A stretch of 64,000 nt of DNA from an uncultured virus (IMG/VR IMGVR_UViG_3300037601_000035) (IMGVR_UViG_3300037601_000035); one strand, 5' to 3'. Shown: positions 17,832 through 27,326, counted from the first letter of the stretch. The notes: generated by a model from the sequence alone, not told the origin. Program-made: numbers and translations.

Positions 17832-20024
17832 ATGGGACTTGCGTCTTCAAGAAAAAGATTTGTAAAAAGAAAACTTCTTACTCAAGATCATTTTAAAAGA
17901 CTATCTGAAGGAGATCCTTCTAAAAGTTATAAGTATCTTGAAAAGATGTGTGAATATGTTTCTTATGATAGAGCAAACATAAAAACAATAATAGATGAAG
18001 TTAAAGTTTTTGATTTTTTAGACAATACATATTTAAGCAATTCTGATATTCAAAATATTCCAAACTATTTAGAATTTCAAAGTATTATTAAAGATGCTTT
18101 AGAAAAGAAAAAAGAAATAGAATTAGTTAAAACGAAAAAGAATCATTTTGATATAATTGTTGACGATGAAAATTATTTAATAGTGTCTCCACATACTGAA
18201 GAATCTTCTATTAAATATGGCCAAGGAACTAAATGGTGTACTTCTTCTAAAGAATCTTTGAATCGTTTTGATCAATATAGAAAAGAATCTACTTTATATT
18301 ATATTCATAATAAGAAATTACCAGAAGTTGATCCTAATCATAAAATAGCACTTCAAGTATTTCTTGATGATAAAAGAGTTGATGAACATTGGAATGCAGT
18401 TGATAACAATATTTCTCCTCCTGAGTATATTGTAAATTTAAAAGAAAAATATAATTTTAAATTTTTTGAATTACCTGAAATTGAATATGAAAATGAGTAT
18501 GAAAGATACGGATTAGATATTGATAAAATTGTTTTTAATACAGATGGATCTATTGATTATCATGGAGACGTAAATCTTTCAAATAAAAAATTGACTAAGA
18601 TACCATTTAACTTTAGAAACGTCTATGGTCATTTTGATGTAAGTAACAACAAATTAATTTCTTTAAAAGGATGTCCTGAAAAAACATATAAATTTCATTG
18701 TGGTTGGAATCAATTAGTTTCATTAGAACATGGTCCAAAAAGTGTCACAACAGTCTATAATGCTGAACATAATAAATTAAAAAATATTGATTTTATTGCA
18801 ACAGAATATACTAAGTGTAATATTTATTTACAGCATAATGAAATTTCATCTATAGATTATAACATTATTTCTAATTTATCTTTTGTTTCTGCCAATGTTT
18901 TTTATATTTCATATAATTTATTAGAAGATGTAATATTAAAACCATTTTCATTTTTTAAAAATTTATATTTTTCTAATAATAAAATTAAAAAAATTATTGA
19001 TAAAGCTCTTTGGTTAGAGTTTGAACAACTAGATCTTTCTTCTAATAAATTAAAAAAATTCGGATACCAGGCAAATTCTTATACAATACACAATTTAAAT
19101 TTAGCATCTAATCAAATAGAAAATATAACCTTTGAATTTTTATCAGTAAGAAATTTAAATTTAAATAACAACAGAATTAAAAAACTTAAATCTATACTTT
19201 TATTTAAATGTGATTCATTATATTTATCCGACAATCTTATAGAAGAAGTAGATTTAGAAAATTTTATAATTTCTACAAAATTAGATTTAAATAAAAATTT
19301 AATTTGTTTTAACAAAATAAAATTTGCTAAAGCTAGAGGATATATTCAAAATCTTTTTCTTAATGATAATCCTATGTCAATTAAGAAAACTCCGTCTTCT
19401 AATAAAATAGATCGTATCGTCGCAGGAATAATTCATAACATTGAAAATTTGCTTTCATATAAAAAATTAGATTTTGAAAAACCTGAAAAAATAGATGATT
19501 TAGAAAAAGAAATTTATGACATCTACAAAAATTTTAAATTATATCAACAGCTATCCTTAAAGTTTACTTTTTCTGAAATTATTCGAATCGGGAATTATAA
19601 TTTGGGAGATTGTATGACAGGGTCTATTCAAGTAGAAAAAGAACGGCCTTATAGATGGATCACTGATGTTCCATTGCCTGGTACACAAGGAGATTTTATT
19701 TCAAGAAGAGGGATAGCGGGTTTTGGATCTCATAGTATTCAAACAACACCAAGAGAGAATATACTTAAAGTAGTTGGTCATCTAGATTATCCTTCTTCTT
19801 TAACAGTTAAATTAACAAATAAAAAAGATGATTCTAGAGAAGCGTTTGAAGAAGTAGACGGACAATTTAGATTATTTGGTCCATTAAATCACTCTTCATC
19901 AGAAACTTTCAGACTTTCTAAAAGTAGAGAACGTACTACTATAGAACAGCTGGAATCAGTTTCATATATTGTTGAAAGATATGAATCGCTTACTACGACA
20001 ACGGAAAATAGAGGAAACGAATGA
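17832..20024 (+). CDS. Leucine-rich-repeat protein with KYGQGTKWCT domain (paralog A)
   Basis: LxLxxNxI repeats; N-terminal half very similar to the next gene. Confidence 0.8.
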   Translation: MGLASSRKRFVKRKLLTQDHFKRLSEGDPSKSYKYLEKMCEYVSYDRANIKTIIDEVKVFDFLDNTYLSNSDIQNIPNYLEFQSIIKDALEKKKEIELVKTKKNHFDIIVDDENYLIVSPHTEESSIKYGQGTKWCTSSKESLNRFDQYRKESTLYYIHNKKLPEVDPNHKIALQVFLDDKRVDEHWNAVDNNISPPEYIVNLKEKYNFKFFELPEIEYENEYERYGLDIDKIVFNTDGSIDYHGDVNLSNKKLTKIPFNFRNVYGHFDVSNNKLISLKGCPEKTYKFHCGWNQLVSLEHGPKSVTTVYNAEHNKLKNIDFIATEYTKCNIYLQHNEISSIDYNIISNLSFVSANVFYISYNLLEDVILKPFSFFKNLYFSNNKIKKIIDKALWLEFEQLDLSSNKLKKFGYQANSYTIHNLNLASNQIENITFEFLSVRNLNLNNNRIKKLKSILLFKCDSLYLSDNLIEEVDLENFIISTKLDLNKNLICFNKIKFAKARGYIQNLFLNDNPMSIKKTPSSNKIDRIVAGIIHNIENLLSYKKLDFEKPEKIDDLEKEIYDIYKNFKLYQQLSLKFTFSEIIRIGNYNLGDCMTGSIQVEKERPYRWITDVPLPGTQGDFISRRGIAGFGSHSIQTTPRENILKVVGHLDYPSSLTVKLTNKKDDSREAFEEVDGQFRLFGPLNHSSSETFRLSKSRERTTIEQLESVSYIVERYESLTTTTENRGNE

Positions 20025-22213
20025 GTTTACAAACAGCAAAGAAAAGATTTTTAAAAAGAAAGTTGATTAATTATGAAGACTTTCATAAATTATCTAAATC
20101 AGATCCTTCTAAAAGTTATAAGTATCTTGAAAAGATGTGTGAATTTTATGTATACGATAAAGTAGAAATAGATATTTTATGTAAAGAAGTTGATAATTTC
20201 CATTCCATTCCAGATTCTTATTTAGAAAATTCAGATATTCAATCTATTCCAAATCACATTGAATTTGAAAAAATTGTTAAAGATGCTTTAAATAAGAAAC
20301 ACGAAAAAGAAAATAAAAAATTCTCTAAAGACAATTCTATTGTTTTAGTTGATGATGAAGAATATCAAATAGTAATTCCTAATTCTATAGATTCGTCTAT
20401 AAAATATGGTCAAGGAACTAAATGGTGTACGGCTGCTAAAGAAGATAATTATTTTAATTCTTATAGAGAAGATAATACTTTGTATTATATTTGGAATAAA
20501 AAATTATCTAAAAATAGTTATGTTTATAAAATAGCAGTAGTAGTTAATAAGGATAATATAATTAATTCTGTATGGAATGCAAAAGATCATCAAATTAATG
20601 AGCATATAGTAGAACCTATCATAAGTAAATATAAAGAAAAATTTACCTTTAAATATGTTGAAAGAACATATACTAATGAATATGAAAAATACGGGTTAGA
20701 TACAACTAAGATAACGTTTAATAGCGATGGTACTATAAATTATGACGGTAATGTTGATTTAATAGGAAAAAAATTAACTAAGATACCGTTTAATTTTAAA
20801 TATGTAAACGGATATTTTAATATAAGTAATAATCTAATATCTAGTTTAAAAGGATGTCCTGAAAGAATAGAAAGTTTTTTTAGTGCTAATTATAACAAAA
20901 TTAAAAGTTTAAAATATGGACCTATGTTTGTAGGAACTGCTTATAGTGTAACCAATAATCAATTAAGAACTATAAAAGGAATTGCCAAGGAAATAGGTTT
21001 TACTGTCGATTTAGATAGCAATAAAATATCTAACGTTAAAGGATTTGATACTATTAAATTTAAGAATAAAACAAATTTATATTTAAATGGAAATAAATTA
21101 AAAAATTCTCAATTAAAATATTTAAAAATTTATGAATGGAATAATGTAAGTTTAGCAAGTAATAAATTATCAGGAACTATCGATTCTAAATGTTTAGATT
21201 TCCCTGTATTTGAAAAAGTAGATATGGATAGATTAATATTACATGATAATGAAATATCAATTTTTAAAGTATATTTTAATTTTATAGATCAATTAAGTAT
21301 TGGGAATAATAAATTAACATATTGTACGCTTCCCGGAAACGCACGTAATGTAGATTTATCATTTAATTTAATTGAAAGGGTAGAAAATAAATCTATTTCA
21401 GATAGAAATATTAATTATTTAATATTAGATAACAATAAAATTAATCAAATAAATTTTAGAAATATATTTATTAGTGGAGAGTTATCTCTGAAAAATAATA
21501 ATATTGAAAAAAATTCTTTTATTCCTATTGAAAATGATCATTATATTAATACAATTCATTTAGGAGGTAATCCTATAAATATAGAATATGATTTTAAATT
21601 TCCTAAAAATTTTAATGTTACTAAAATAAATAATCAATCTACGATTAATTTATACGAATATGGTGATAATGATATATTTTTATCAAATAGATATAAATTG
21701 ATTAATAAAATAAACAAAAAAGAAAAGTTAGATTATGATGAATATTATCAATTATGGAATTCTAAAGAACAGCTTGTAATAAATTTTGATTCTATTAAGG
21801 AAGAAGAATTAATAGATCCGCCCATTGCTAGTGCGCCTGGAGATTTTAAAGAAATGCTTGAAAGAGCATTTAAAAATTCATTAAAAGAACATATTCTTGA
21901 TAGTAATGACATAGTACCTTCACGGCCGTCGAGAATGCCTCCTCCAACAAGGGGCCTCCATTATATTGATTATGTTTATGAACATCCAGAATCTTCAGGT
22001 ACTGTTAATCTTGGATTCAAAATTGTAAATAAAGATCAACCGGGTTTATTCGATTCAATGTATCAAAATATTGATGTTAATGGAAAAACTATATTTGAAT
22101 CTAAAGATAGTGATTTTCATATAAATGATCTTGAGGAAAAATTAAAAAATGAATCTTCTGCAGTTAAAAATATGCTTAACGAATGGACACAATTTATAGA
22201 GAGACAACAATGA
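20021..22213 (+). CDS. Leucine-rich-repeat protein with KYGQGTKWCT domain (paralog B)
   Basis: Same architecture and length as paralog A. Confidence 0.8.
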   Translation: MSLQTAKKRFLKRKLINYEDFHKLSKSDPSKSYKYLEKMCEFYVYDKVEIDILCKEVDNFHSIPDSYLENSDIQSIPNHIEFEKIVKDALNKKHEKENKKFSKDNSIVLVDDEEYQIVIPNSIDSSIKYGQGTKWCTAAKEDNYFNSYREDNTLYYIWNKKLSKNSYVYKIAVVVNKDNIINSVWNAKDHQINEHIVEPIISKYKEKFTFKYVERTYTNEYEKYGLDTTKITFNSDGTINYDGNVDLIGKKLTKIPFNFKYVNGYFNISNNLISSLKGCPERIESFFSANYNKIKSLKYGPMFVGTAYSVTNNQLRTIKGIAKEIGFTVDLDSNKISNVKGFDTIKFKNKTNLYLNGNKLKNSQLKYLKIYEWNNVSLASNKLSGTIDSKCLDFPVFEKVDMDRLILHDNEISIFKVYFNFIDQLSIGNNKLTYCTLPGNARNVDLSFNLIERVENKSISDRNINYLILDNNKINQINFRNIFISGELSLKNNNIEKNSFIPIENDHYINTIHLGGNPINIEYDFKFPKNFNVTKINNQSTINLYEYGDNDIFLSNRYKLINKINKKEKLDYDEYYQLWNSKEQLVINFDSIKEEELIDPPIASAPGDFKEMLERAFKNSLKEHILDSNDIVPSRPSRMPPPTRGLHYIDYVYEHPESSGTVNLGFKIVNKDQPGLFDSMYQNIDVNGKTIFESKDSDFHINDLEEKLKNESSAVKNMLNEWTQFIERQQ

Positions 22214-22608
22214 AAAATTTAAAAATAGCAGTTGATTTTGATGGAACTTGCGTGACACATGAATATCCTAACGTAGGAAAAACAGTTCCTTACGTAGTTG
22301 ACGTTTTAAAGAAACTTCAAGCAAAAGGATATTTATTAATTTTAAATACAATGCGATCTGGAAAAGAATTAAAAGATGCCGAAAAATGGTTTTCGGATAA
22401 TGAAATTATATTATACGGATCAAATAAAGATCCTGATCAAACTTCTTGGACAAAATCACCAAAAGTATATTCTAACATTTATATAGATGATGCTGCTTTA
22501 GGAGCTCCTCTTACAAATAAACTAGGAAGCTATAATACTTATAGAGGAAGACCTTTCGTAGATTGGAAATTAGTTGAAAAATGGTTTAAACAAAATAAAC
22601 TTTTATAA
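22210..22608 (+). CDS. HAD-superfamily phosphatase (BT0820-like)
   Basis: IAVDFDGTCV.HEYP and IYIDD motifs; ATG overlaps the previous stop. Confidence 0.8.
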   Translation: MKNLKIAVDFDGTCVTHEYPNVGKTVPYVVDVLKKLQAKGYLLILNTMRSGKELKDAEKWFSDNEIILYGSNKDPDQTSWTKSPKVYSNIYIDDAALGAPLTNKLGSYNTYRGRPFVDWKLVEKWFKQNKLL

Positions 22609-22641
22609 ATGTTTTAAGTATAATTAATAAAAGAGGTTTCA

Positions 22642-22968
22642 ATGATAGTTCCAAAATTAAAAATTAATAAGATGAAACAACATCTAGATAAATATGCAAT
22701 TGTTGTTAAATCTAAAATAAAAAATAGTCAATATCTTTATCATGCAAATAAAGAACATCCTTCTTATAAAGCGCGATTTAGAACTGGAAAAAATCCATTA
22801 ATTATAATTACTCATTCAAATGCAAGAGAATTGTATGAATATGCTTTAAATGAATTACATCTAGATTCAGGTTCTTTTGCTATTTGTGATATTATCTCAG
22901 ATAAAAAACCTATTCCTGTAGATCCTTATGGGCAACATAGAGAAATAGAAATTCCAGTATTACAATGA
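22642..22968 (+). CDS. Hypothetical protein
   Basis: ORF after AAACTT-N16-TATAAT at 22597-22624. Confidence 0.55.
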   Translation: MIVPKLKINKMKQHLDKYAIVVKSKIKNSQYLYHANKEHPSYKARFRTGKNPLIIITHSNARELYEYALNELHLDSGSFAICDIISDKKPIPVDPYGQHREIEIPVLQ

Positions 22969-23306
22969 ACGAACAAGAAAATAGATTTCAAAAATTTATA
23001 GAAAAACAAAGAGCATGCATTAGAAAAATGCGATTAGATTTTCGAAAAGAATTAAAAAATATTTATAATAAAAACGAAAGAAGAATGAAAATAAAGTATA
23101 AGAAAAGAGAAAATGGGGAATACGATTTCAGAATCGTTGGAGGAAACGGTGAAATAATTTTGGTTTCTGAAGGTTACTCAACTAAAGGAAATATGAAAAA
23201 GGGAATTAAAAATTTCTTAGAAGGACTTTCTGATTTAGAACAATATAATTCACAAGATCCTAAACAACTAAATGAAAATTTATCTAATATAGAAGAAGAT
23301 ATTTAA
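22965..23306 (+). CDS. DUF1508/YegP-like protein
   Basis: NGEY.FRI...NGEII..SEGYSTK....KGI. Confidence 0.7.
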   Translation: MNEQENRFQKFIEKQRACIRKMRLDFRKELKNIYNKNERRMKIKYKKRENGEYDFRIVGGNGEIILVSEGYSTKGNMKKGIKNFLEGLSDLEQYNSQDPKQLNENLSNIEEDI

Positions 23307-23421
23307 ATTATTTTCACAGAAATGTAAAAATAATTTTTTTATTTAAAAATTTTTTCTTATATTACATTTAATTAAACAAACAAATTATTTTTTTTTTTTA
23401 TTTTTTAAAAGGAGTTATAAA

Positions 23422-23973
23422 ATGGACGGATTAATTAACTTAAGAAATGCTGGTCCTTGTATTTCATCACCAGACTTGCATAAATTTTTACTTGAAAATC
23501 TTCAAGATCAAGTTATAGATACTCAAATGACTGCTGCTAAATTATATGGATATATGAATACTCGTGAATATCCGAAATTTAGAGCAGATGGTGATAGAAA
23601 AACATATTTTAGAATTGAAGATTTTATAGAAATGTTTAATTCTAAAGAAAATGATGACCCTGCTTTTGCAGAAATTGCTGAAGTTATTGCAGATGAAACA
23701 GGATTCTCTAATAACGAAGAGACTGATGAAGAATCTTCTTCTGATTTTAATCGTGAAGATGCATTAAACAATTTATCTCAAATGAATATTTTAGATAAAA
23801 CTATGGTATCTGGAATTGAAATAGATGGAGTATTTTTTATGACTACCCATGATGCTATGGGAAATGTAAAAACTGCATTTGAAATTCCTTCAAGCGCTTT
23901 AGCAATGGCTCAAAATTCTGAGAAAGCTAAAATAGTAGTTGCTGGAATGGTATTAAAATTACTTAATAGATAA
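23422..23973 (+). CDS. Hypothetical early protein
   Basis: AGGAG ribosome-binding site and class-A promoter at 23334-23366. Confidence 0.65.
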   Translation: MDGLINLRNAGPCISSPDLHKFLLENLQDQVIDTQMTAAKLYGYMNTREYPKFRADGDRKTYFRIEDFIEMFNSKENDDPAFAEIAEVIADETGFSNNEETDEESSSDFNREDALNNLSQMNILDKTMVSGIEIDGVFFMTTHDAMGNVKTAFEIPSSALAMAQNSEKAKIVVAGMVLKLLNR

Positions 23974-23979
23974 AATTTA

Positions 23980-24147
23980 AGCATGATAACAGACCTTTTT
24001 CAGTTGATTCAGTATTTGATTCCCCAATGAAATTCCTGAGAAGTCTAGAGATGAAATCTTCATCGACATAGAGACAAATTGAAAAACTTATTTATGCTAC
24101 CCCAGGTCGACTATTCTTTTATTGGCGTTTAGGAAATAGTCGACCTT
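23980..24147 (+). ncRNA. Candidate structured intergenic RNA plus downstream long hairpin
   Basis: AGCATGA/TTATGCT and TTTTTCAGTT/AATTGAAAAA nested stems; GATGAA-atc-TTCATC hairpin; AGGTCGACTATT/AATAGTCGACCT. Confidence 0.45.
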
Positions 24148-24173
24148 TTAATTTTAATAAAAGAGAAAAAAAC

Positions 24174-24581
24174 ATGAAATTTAAAGTTGGTGATTTCTGC
24201 TATTCAGAATTTGATTTAGTAGAAATTAAAGAAATAGAAGAAAATCCTACTAGGATTACTAGAATATCAGATGGATATTTTAATAGAGTTTCTCATAATT
24301 TAAATGATGATTGTCTTCCTATAAGTTTAAGAACTAAAATTTTATCTGAAAAAGTAAAAGAATACCACAGTAACATATTAGAATTAAGTTCTCCAAATCT
24401 TAATTTTCCGGATATTCATAGAAAATATGTACATGATTGGAAACAAATGTGTTTAGTTGAAGATGCTGAAGAAGCAACTGAAATGTTACGAGAGTTAGAA
24501 AATTTTACTTATTCAATTATCGAAAAAGTAAATCAAAATCAATTAGAAGAAATAGATAATATTAAAATATTTAAAGGATAA
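24174..24581 (+). CDS. Hypothetical protein
   Basis: MKFKVGD start common in phage proteins. Confidence 0.6.
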   Translation: MKFKVGDFCYSEFDLVEIKEIEENPTRITRISDGYFNRVSHNLNDDCLPISLRTKILSEKVKEYHSNILELSSPNLNFPDIHRKYVHDWKQMCLVEDAEEATEMLRELENFTYSIIEKVNQNQLEEIDNIKIFKG

Positions 24582-24584
24582 AAA

Positions 24585-25145
24585 ATGACTAATATGACTA
24601 AGGTTTTACAAGAAAAATTAAATCGTATATTTAATGAAGGTGTGCTTACTCATTATGATATGTACAACGAACAAAATTTAAATTTTAACTTATGTTTAAA
24701 ACCTACAAAAACTGAACCTATTTTAGATGCTACAGAAATGGAACTTACTGCAGTTTATGGAGATAATGGTAAAAAAGTATCTATCCCTAATAAATACTTT
24801 GAAGTATATTCAGGAGCAAATGATGACGATTCTTTATACAAAAGATTAATAAGTAATATCTTAAAAGTTTCTTTAAAATTATTAGAAGATTCTACTTCTC
24901 AAAATCTAACCATTATTTTAAATCAAAAAGTATATGATATTCTATATTTGAATTTAGGTGTAAATGAAAATACTCTTAAATTTAATTCTAAATCTTTATT
25001 AAATTCTAATTATTTAATAGATGGTGGAATACTACTTAATAACTTTCAAATATTTATAGATCCTACTATGAGTGATATAGATACTAAAGTTTGTATCTTA
25101 AATGAAAGCACAAATGAATCTCTAACCTTTTTAGTAGAAATCTAA
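24585..25145 (+). CDS. Hypothetical protein
   Basis: ORF only. Confidence 0.55.
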   Translation: MTNMTKVLQEKLNRIFNEGVLTHYDMYNEQNLNFNLCLKPTKTEPILDATEMELTAVYGDNGKKVSIPNKYFEVYSGANDDDSLYKRLISNILKVSLKLLEDSTSQNLTIILNQKVYDILYLNLGVNENTLKFNSKSLLNSNYLIDGGILLNNFQIFIDPTMSDIDTKVCILNESTNESLTFLVEI

Positions 25146-25170
25146 ATATATAATTTATTAAAAAATAATT

Positions 25171-25593
25171 ATGAATAACGAAAATATAGTAGAAAGTTAC
25201 AATGACTTTCATAGAATAAACGAAAACGAAGAAAGTAAAAATGATGTTTCAGAATCGATAATTTTAGTTGATAATGAAGATTATTTAATTGTTGTTCCTA
25301 AAAATTATGAAGACTCTGTTAAATATGGAAAAGGTGCTAAATGGATGCCTGCTTATACCGGATATGGTGGAGAATATTCTTTTGATTTATATAATGAACA
25401 AGGTACTTTGTACTATATTATAAACAAAAATCTCGATAGTGATGATTCATTATCTAAAATTGGAATTTATATAGATTCTAGAAATGATAGTAAACATATT
25501 TATGATGTAAATGATTATACTTTGAAATGGGAAGATTTACCAAAAGAAATTTTTGATCATTTACCTGAAGAGGAATTTATTCATAGAGATTAA
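25171..25593 (+). CDS. Putative internal protein: targeting leader plus stand-alone KYG.G.KW domain
   Basis: IVESYNDFHRINE; domain shared with the two LRR paralogs. Confidence 0.7.
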   Translation: MNNENIVESYNDFHRINENEESKNDVSESIILVDNEDYLIVVPKNYEDSVKYGKGAKWMPAYTGYGGEYSFDLYNEQGTLYYIINKNLDSDDSLSKIGIYIDSRNDSKHIYDVNDYTLKWEDLPKEIFDHLPEEEFIHRD

Positions 25594-25598
25594 TTTTA

Positions 25599-25686
25599 AA
25601 AAACTTTAAAAAATATTTTTTTATTACAAAGACATTTACTATATTACAATTCATTAAAAACAAAACAAAAATAATTTTAATATATA
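25599..25686 (+). promoter_or_regulatory. Promoter block of tRNA operon 2
   Basis: Near-identical to 13201-13289. Confidence 0.75.
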
Positions 25687-25715
25687 AATTATATTTTTAA
25701 AAACAATAAAGAAAA

Positions 25716-25844
25716 ATGCTTTCAAGAAATATACATAATAACATAAATAAGAATTTCAATATCGAAATGGGTCGTAAGAATCATTTTGGGAGAGAAATTT
25801 TTGTCGAGAATATTTCTGAGAAGCTGAACGTATTTAAAACGTAA
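25716..25844 (+). CDS. Attenuator leader peptide 2 (42 aa): MLSRNIHNNINKNFNIEMGRKNHFGREIFVENISEKLNVFKT
   Basis: Translated by hand; codons 4-33 use only R,N,I,H,K,F,E,M,G,V, the amino acids of the downstream tRNAs. Confidence 0.8.
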   Translation: MLSRNIHNNINKNFNIEMGRKNHFGREIFVENISEKLNVFKT

Positions 25845-25867
25845 ACTTTATTTAAATATAAAATTTT

Positions 25868-25904
25868 AAAAGCTTCTTAGGAAATATCTTAAGAAGCTTT
25901 TTTT
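25868..25904 (+). terminator. Attenuator terminator 2
   Basis: AAAAGCTTCTTAGGA-AATA-TCTTAAGAAGCTTTT plus Ts; 5' arm can instead pair with 25814-25825. Confidence 0.85.
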
Positions 25905-25912
25905 GTTATAAT

Positions 25913-25925
25913 AGTTCTTTGAAAA
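25913..25925 (+). promoter_or_regulatory. boxA-like antitermination site
   Basis: AGTTCTTTGAAAA just before the first tRNA. Confidence 0.65.
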
Positions 25926-25937
25926 TTTAGAAATAAC

Positions 25938-26011
25938 GCCCGAGTGGTCTAATTGGTCAGGACACTACACTTTCTATGTAGGGATTGCGAGTTCGAGTCT
26001 CGTCTCGGGTA
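25938..26011 (+). tRNA. tRNA-Glu(TTC)
   Basis: CTACA-CTTTCTA-TGTAG (unusual U37). Confidence 0.8.
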
Positions 26012-26027
26012 CACTTAAATGATAAAT

Positions 26028-26103
26028 CCGGTCGTAGCTAAGTTGGTGAAAGCATCCCACTCATAATGGGAAGATATCGAAAGTTCAAGTCTTTCCGGCC
26101 GGA
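26028..26103 (+). tRNA. tRNA with CAT anticodon (elongator Met or Ile2)
   Basis: TCCCA-CTCATAA-TGGGA. Confidence 0.85.
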
Positions 26104-26112
26104 CATTAATAT

Positions 26113-26186
26113 AGCAGGGTAGAGCAGATGGCCAGCTCGCGAGGTTCATATTCTCGAGGTCGTGGGTTCGAATCCCGCCCCTGCCA
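26113..26186 (+). tRNA. tRNA-Met(CAT), initiator-like
   Basis: A1:C72 mismatch; CGAGG-TTCATAT-TCTCG. Confidence 0.8.
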
Positions 26187-26192
26187 CTATAT

Positions 26193-26267
26193 GGGGAATT
26201 AGCTTAGTAGATTTAAAGCGCAACTTTTACAAAGTTGAGATCAAAGGTTTGAATCCTTTATTCCCTA
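26193..26267 (+). tRNA. tRNA-Val(TAC)
   Basis: CAACT-TTTACAA-AGTTG. Confidence 0.9.
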
Positions 26268-26273
26268 CAACAT

Positions 26274-26349
26274 GAACTGCTGGCGCAATTGGATTTAGCG
26301 CATCGGATTTTTACTCCGAGGGTTCCGGGTTCAAGTCCCGGGCAGTTCA
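26274..26349 (+). tRNA. tRNA-Lys(TTT)
   Basis: TCGGA-TTTTTAC-TCCGA. Confidence 0.9.
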
Positions 26350-26354
26350 CATAT

Positions 26355-26428
26355 ACACAACTAGCTTAATTGGTGAAAGCGCAGGTCTGATACACCTGAG
26401 AGTGAAAGTTCAAATCTTTCGTTGTGTA
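26355..26428 (+). tRNA. tRNA-Ile(GAT)
   Basis: CAGGT-CTGATAC-ACCTG. Confidence 0.9.
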
Positions 26429-26436
26429 CACGATAT

Positions 26437-26509
26437 TCCCTTGTAGCTCAATTGGAAGAGCGTAGGATTTCTAATCCTAAGGTTGGAGGTTCAAGTCCTC
26501 TCGAGGGAA
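26437..26509 (+). tRNA. tRNA-Arg(TCT)
   Basis: TAGGA-TTTCTAA-TCCTA. Confidence 0.92.
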
Positions 26510-26526
26510 CTTATTTTTTTAATAAT

Positions 26527-26600
26527 GCACCTATGTTGTTTAATTGCTAGCATGAAACCCTTCCAAGGTTTAGGTCTCGGTTGGAATCCGAGTAGGTGCT
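26527..26600 (+). tRNA. tRNA-Gly(TCC)
   Basis: AAACC-CTTCCAA-GGTTT; U73. Confidence 0.88.
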
Positions 26601-26713
26601 CAATATATGATACGTTTTTGAATAATTCTGTTTTATAACTAGCTTTGGTTTAGGCGAGCAGATTGAAGGAATTATCAGAAGTCTAGTAGTCTCTAGATTA
26701 TCATATTTTATAT

Positions 26714-26788
26714 GGACCCTTAACTTAAACGTGGTGAGAGTGCCTGGTTGAAGCCCAGGAAGTACTGGTTCGATTCCGGTAGGGTCCA
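26714..26788 (+). tRNA. tRNA-Phe(GAA)
   Basis: CCTGG-TTGAAGC-CCAGG. Confidence 0.88.
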
Positions 26789-26815
26789 CAATATTTAAAT
26801 TATAAGGATAATAAT

Positions 26816-27154
26816 ATGTGTATTTTTTGTTCTATTGTTAATAAAAAGATTCGATCGAATATCCAGTACGAAGATGATTTAGTACTTGCTTTTGATGATA
26901 TAAATCCAGTAGCAGATATTCATATATTGATTATTCCAAAAATTCATATTGTAAATTTATATGAAAAGAGTTCAGATGGTAAAGAATTAATTTATGGAAG
27001 AATGTTAAAAGTTGCATCTGATTTATCTCGTAAACATAAATTAAAAAATGGATTTAGAATAGTAATAAATAATGGAAAAGATGGACTTCAAGATGTTAAT
27101 CATTTACATATTCATTTAATAGGTGGAAGAAAGCTTTCATATCCTATAGCGTAA
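26816..27154 (+). CDS. HIT family (HinT-like) nucleotide phosphoramidase inside the tRNA array
   Basis: CIFC, AFDDINP, HILIIPK.H, HLHIHLIGGR. Confidence 0.92.
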   Translation: MCIFCSIVNKKIRSNIQYEDDLVLAFDDINPVADIHILIIPKIHIVNLYEKSSDGKELIYGRMLKVASDLSRKHKLKNGFRIVINNGKDGLQDVNHLHIHLIGGRKLSYPIA

Positions 27155-27164
27155 TTTAAACTTT

Positions 27165-27235
27165 TCTCCTGTAATTTAAAGGTAAAATGCCATACTGTTA
27201 ATATGGTCTTGGGGGTTCAAGTCCCTCCGGGAGAG
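27165..27235 (+). tRNA. tRNA-Asn(GTT)
   Basis: CCATA-CTGTTAA-TATGG. Confidence 0.9.
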
Positions 27236-27245
27236 CACTTTATAA

Positions 27246-27318
27246 GCCCATATAGCTCAACTGAAAGAGCACTTGAATACGAATCGAGAGGTTGTGAGTT
27301 TGAATCTTACTATGGGTT
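27246..27318 (+). tRNA. tRNA-Arg(ACG)
   Basis: CTTGA-ATACGAA-TCGAG. Confidence 0.85.
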
Positions 27319-27326
27319 CTTGATAT

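Noticed and set aside
24020..24070. Hammerhead ribozyme suggested by CTGAGAAG and GAAA
   Set aside because: Core is not CUGANGA and I could not build the three flanking stems
25938..26011. Amber suppressor (CTA) tRNA or a recoded genetic code
   Set aside because: The 7-nt loop CTTTCTA centres on TTC. Recognisable genes are intact in code 11, and TAA, TAG and TGA all act as stops
26547..26789. Minus-strand 80-aa ORF
   Set aside because: Antisense to tRNA-Gly and tRNA-Phe
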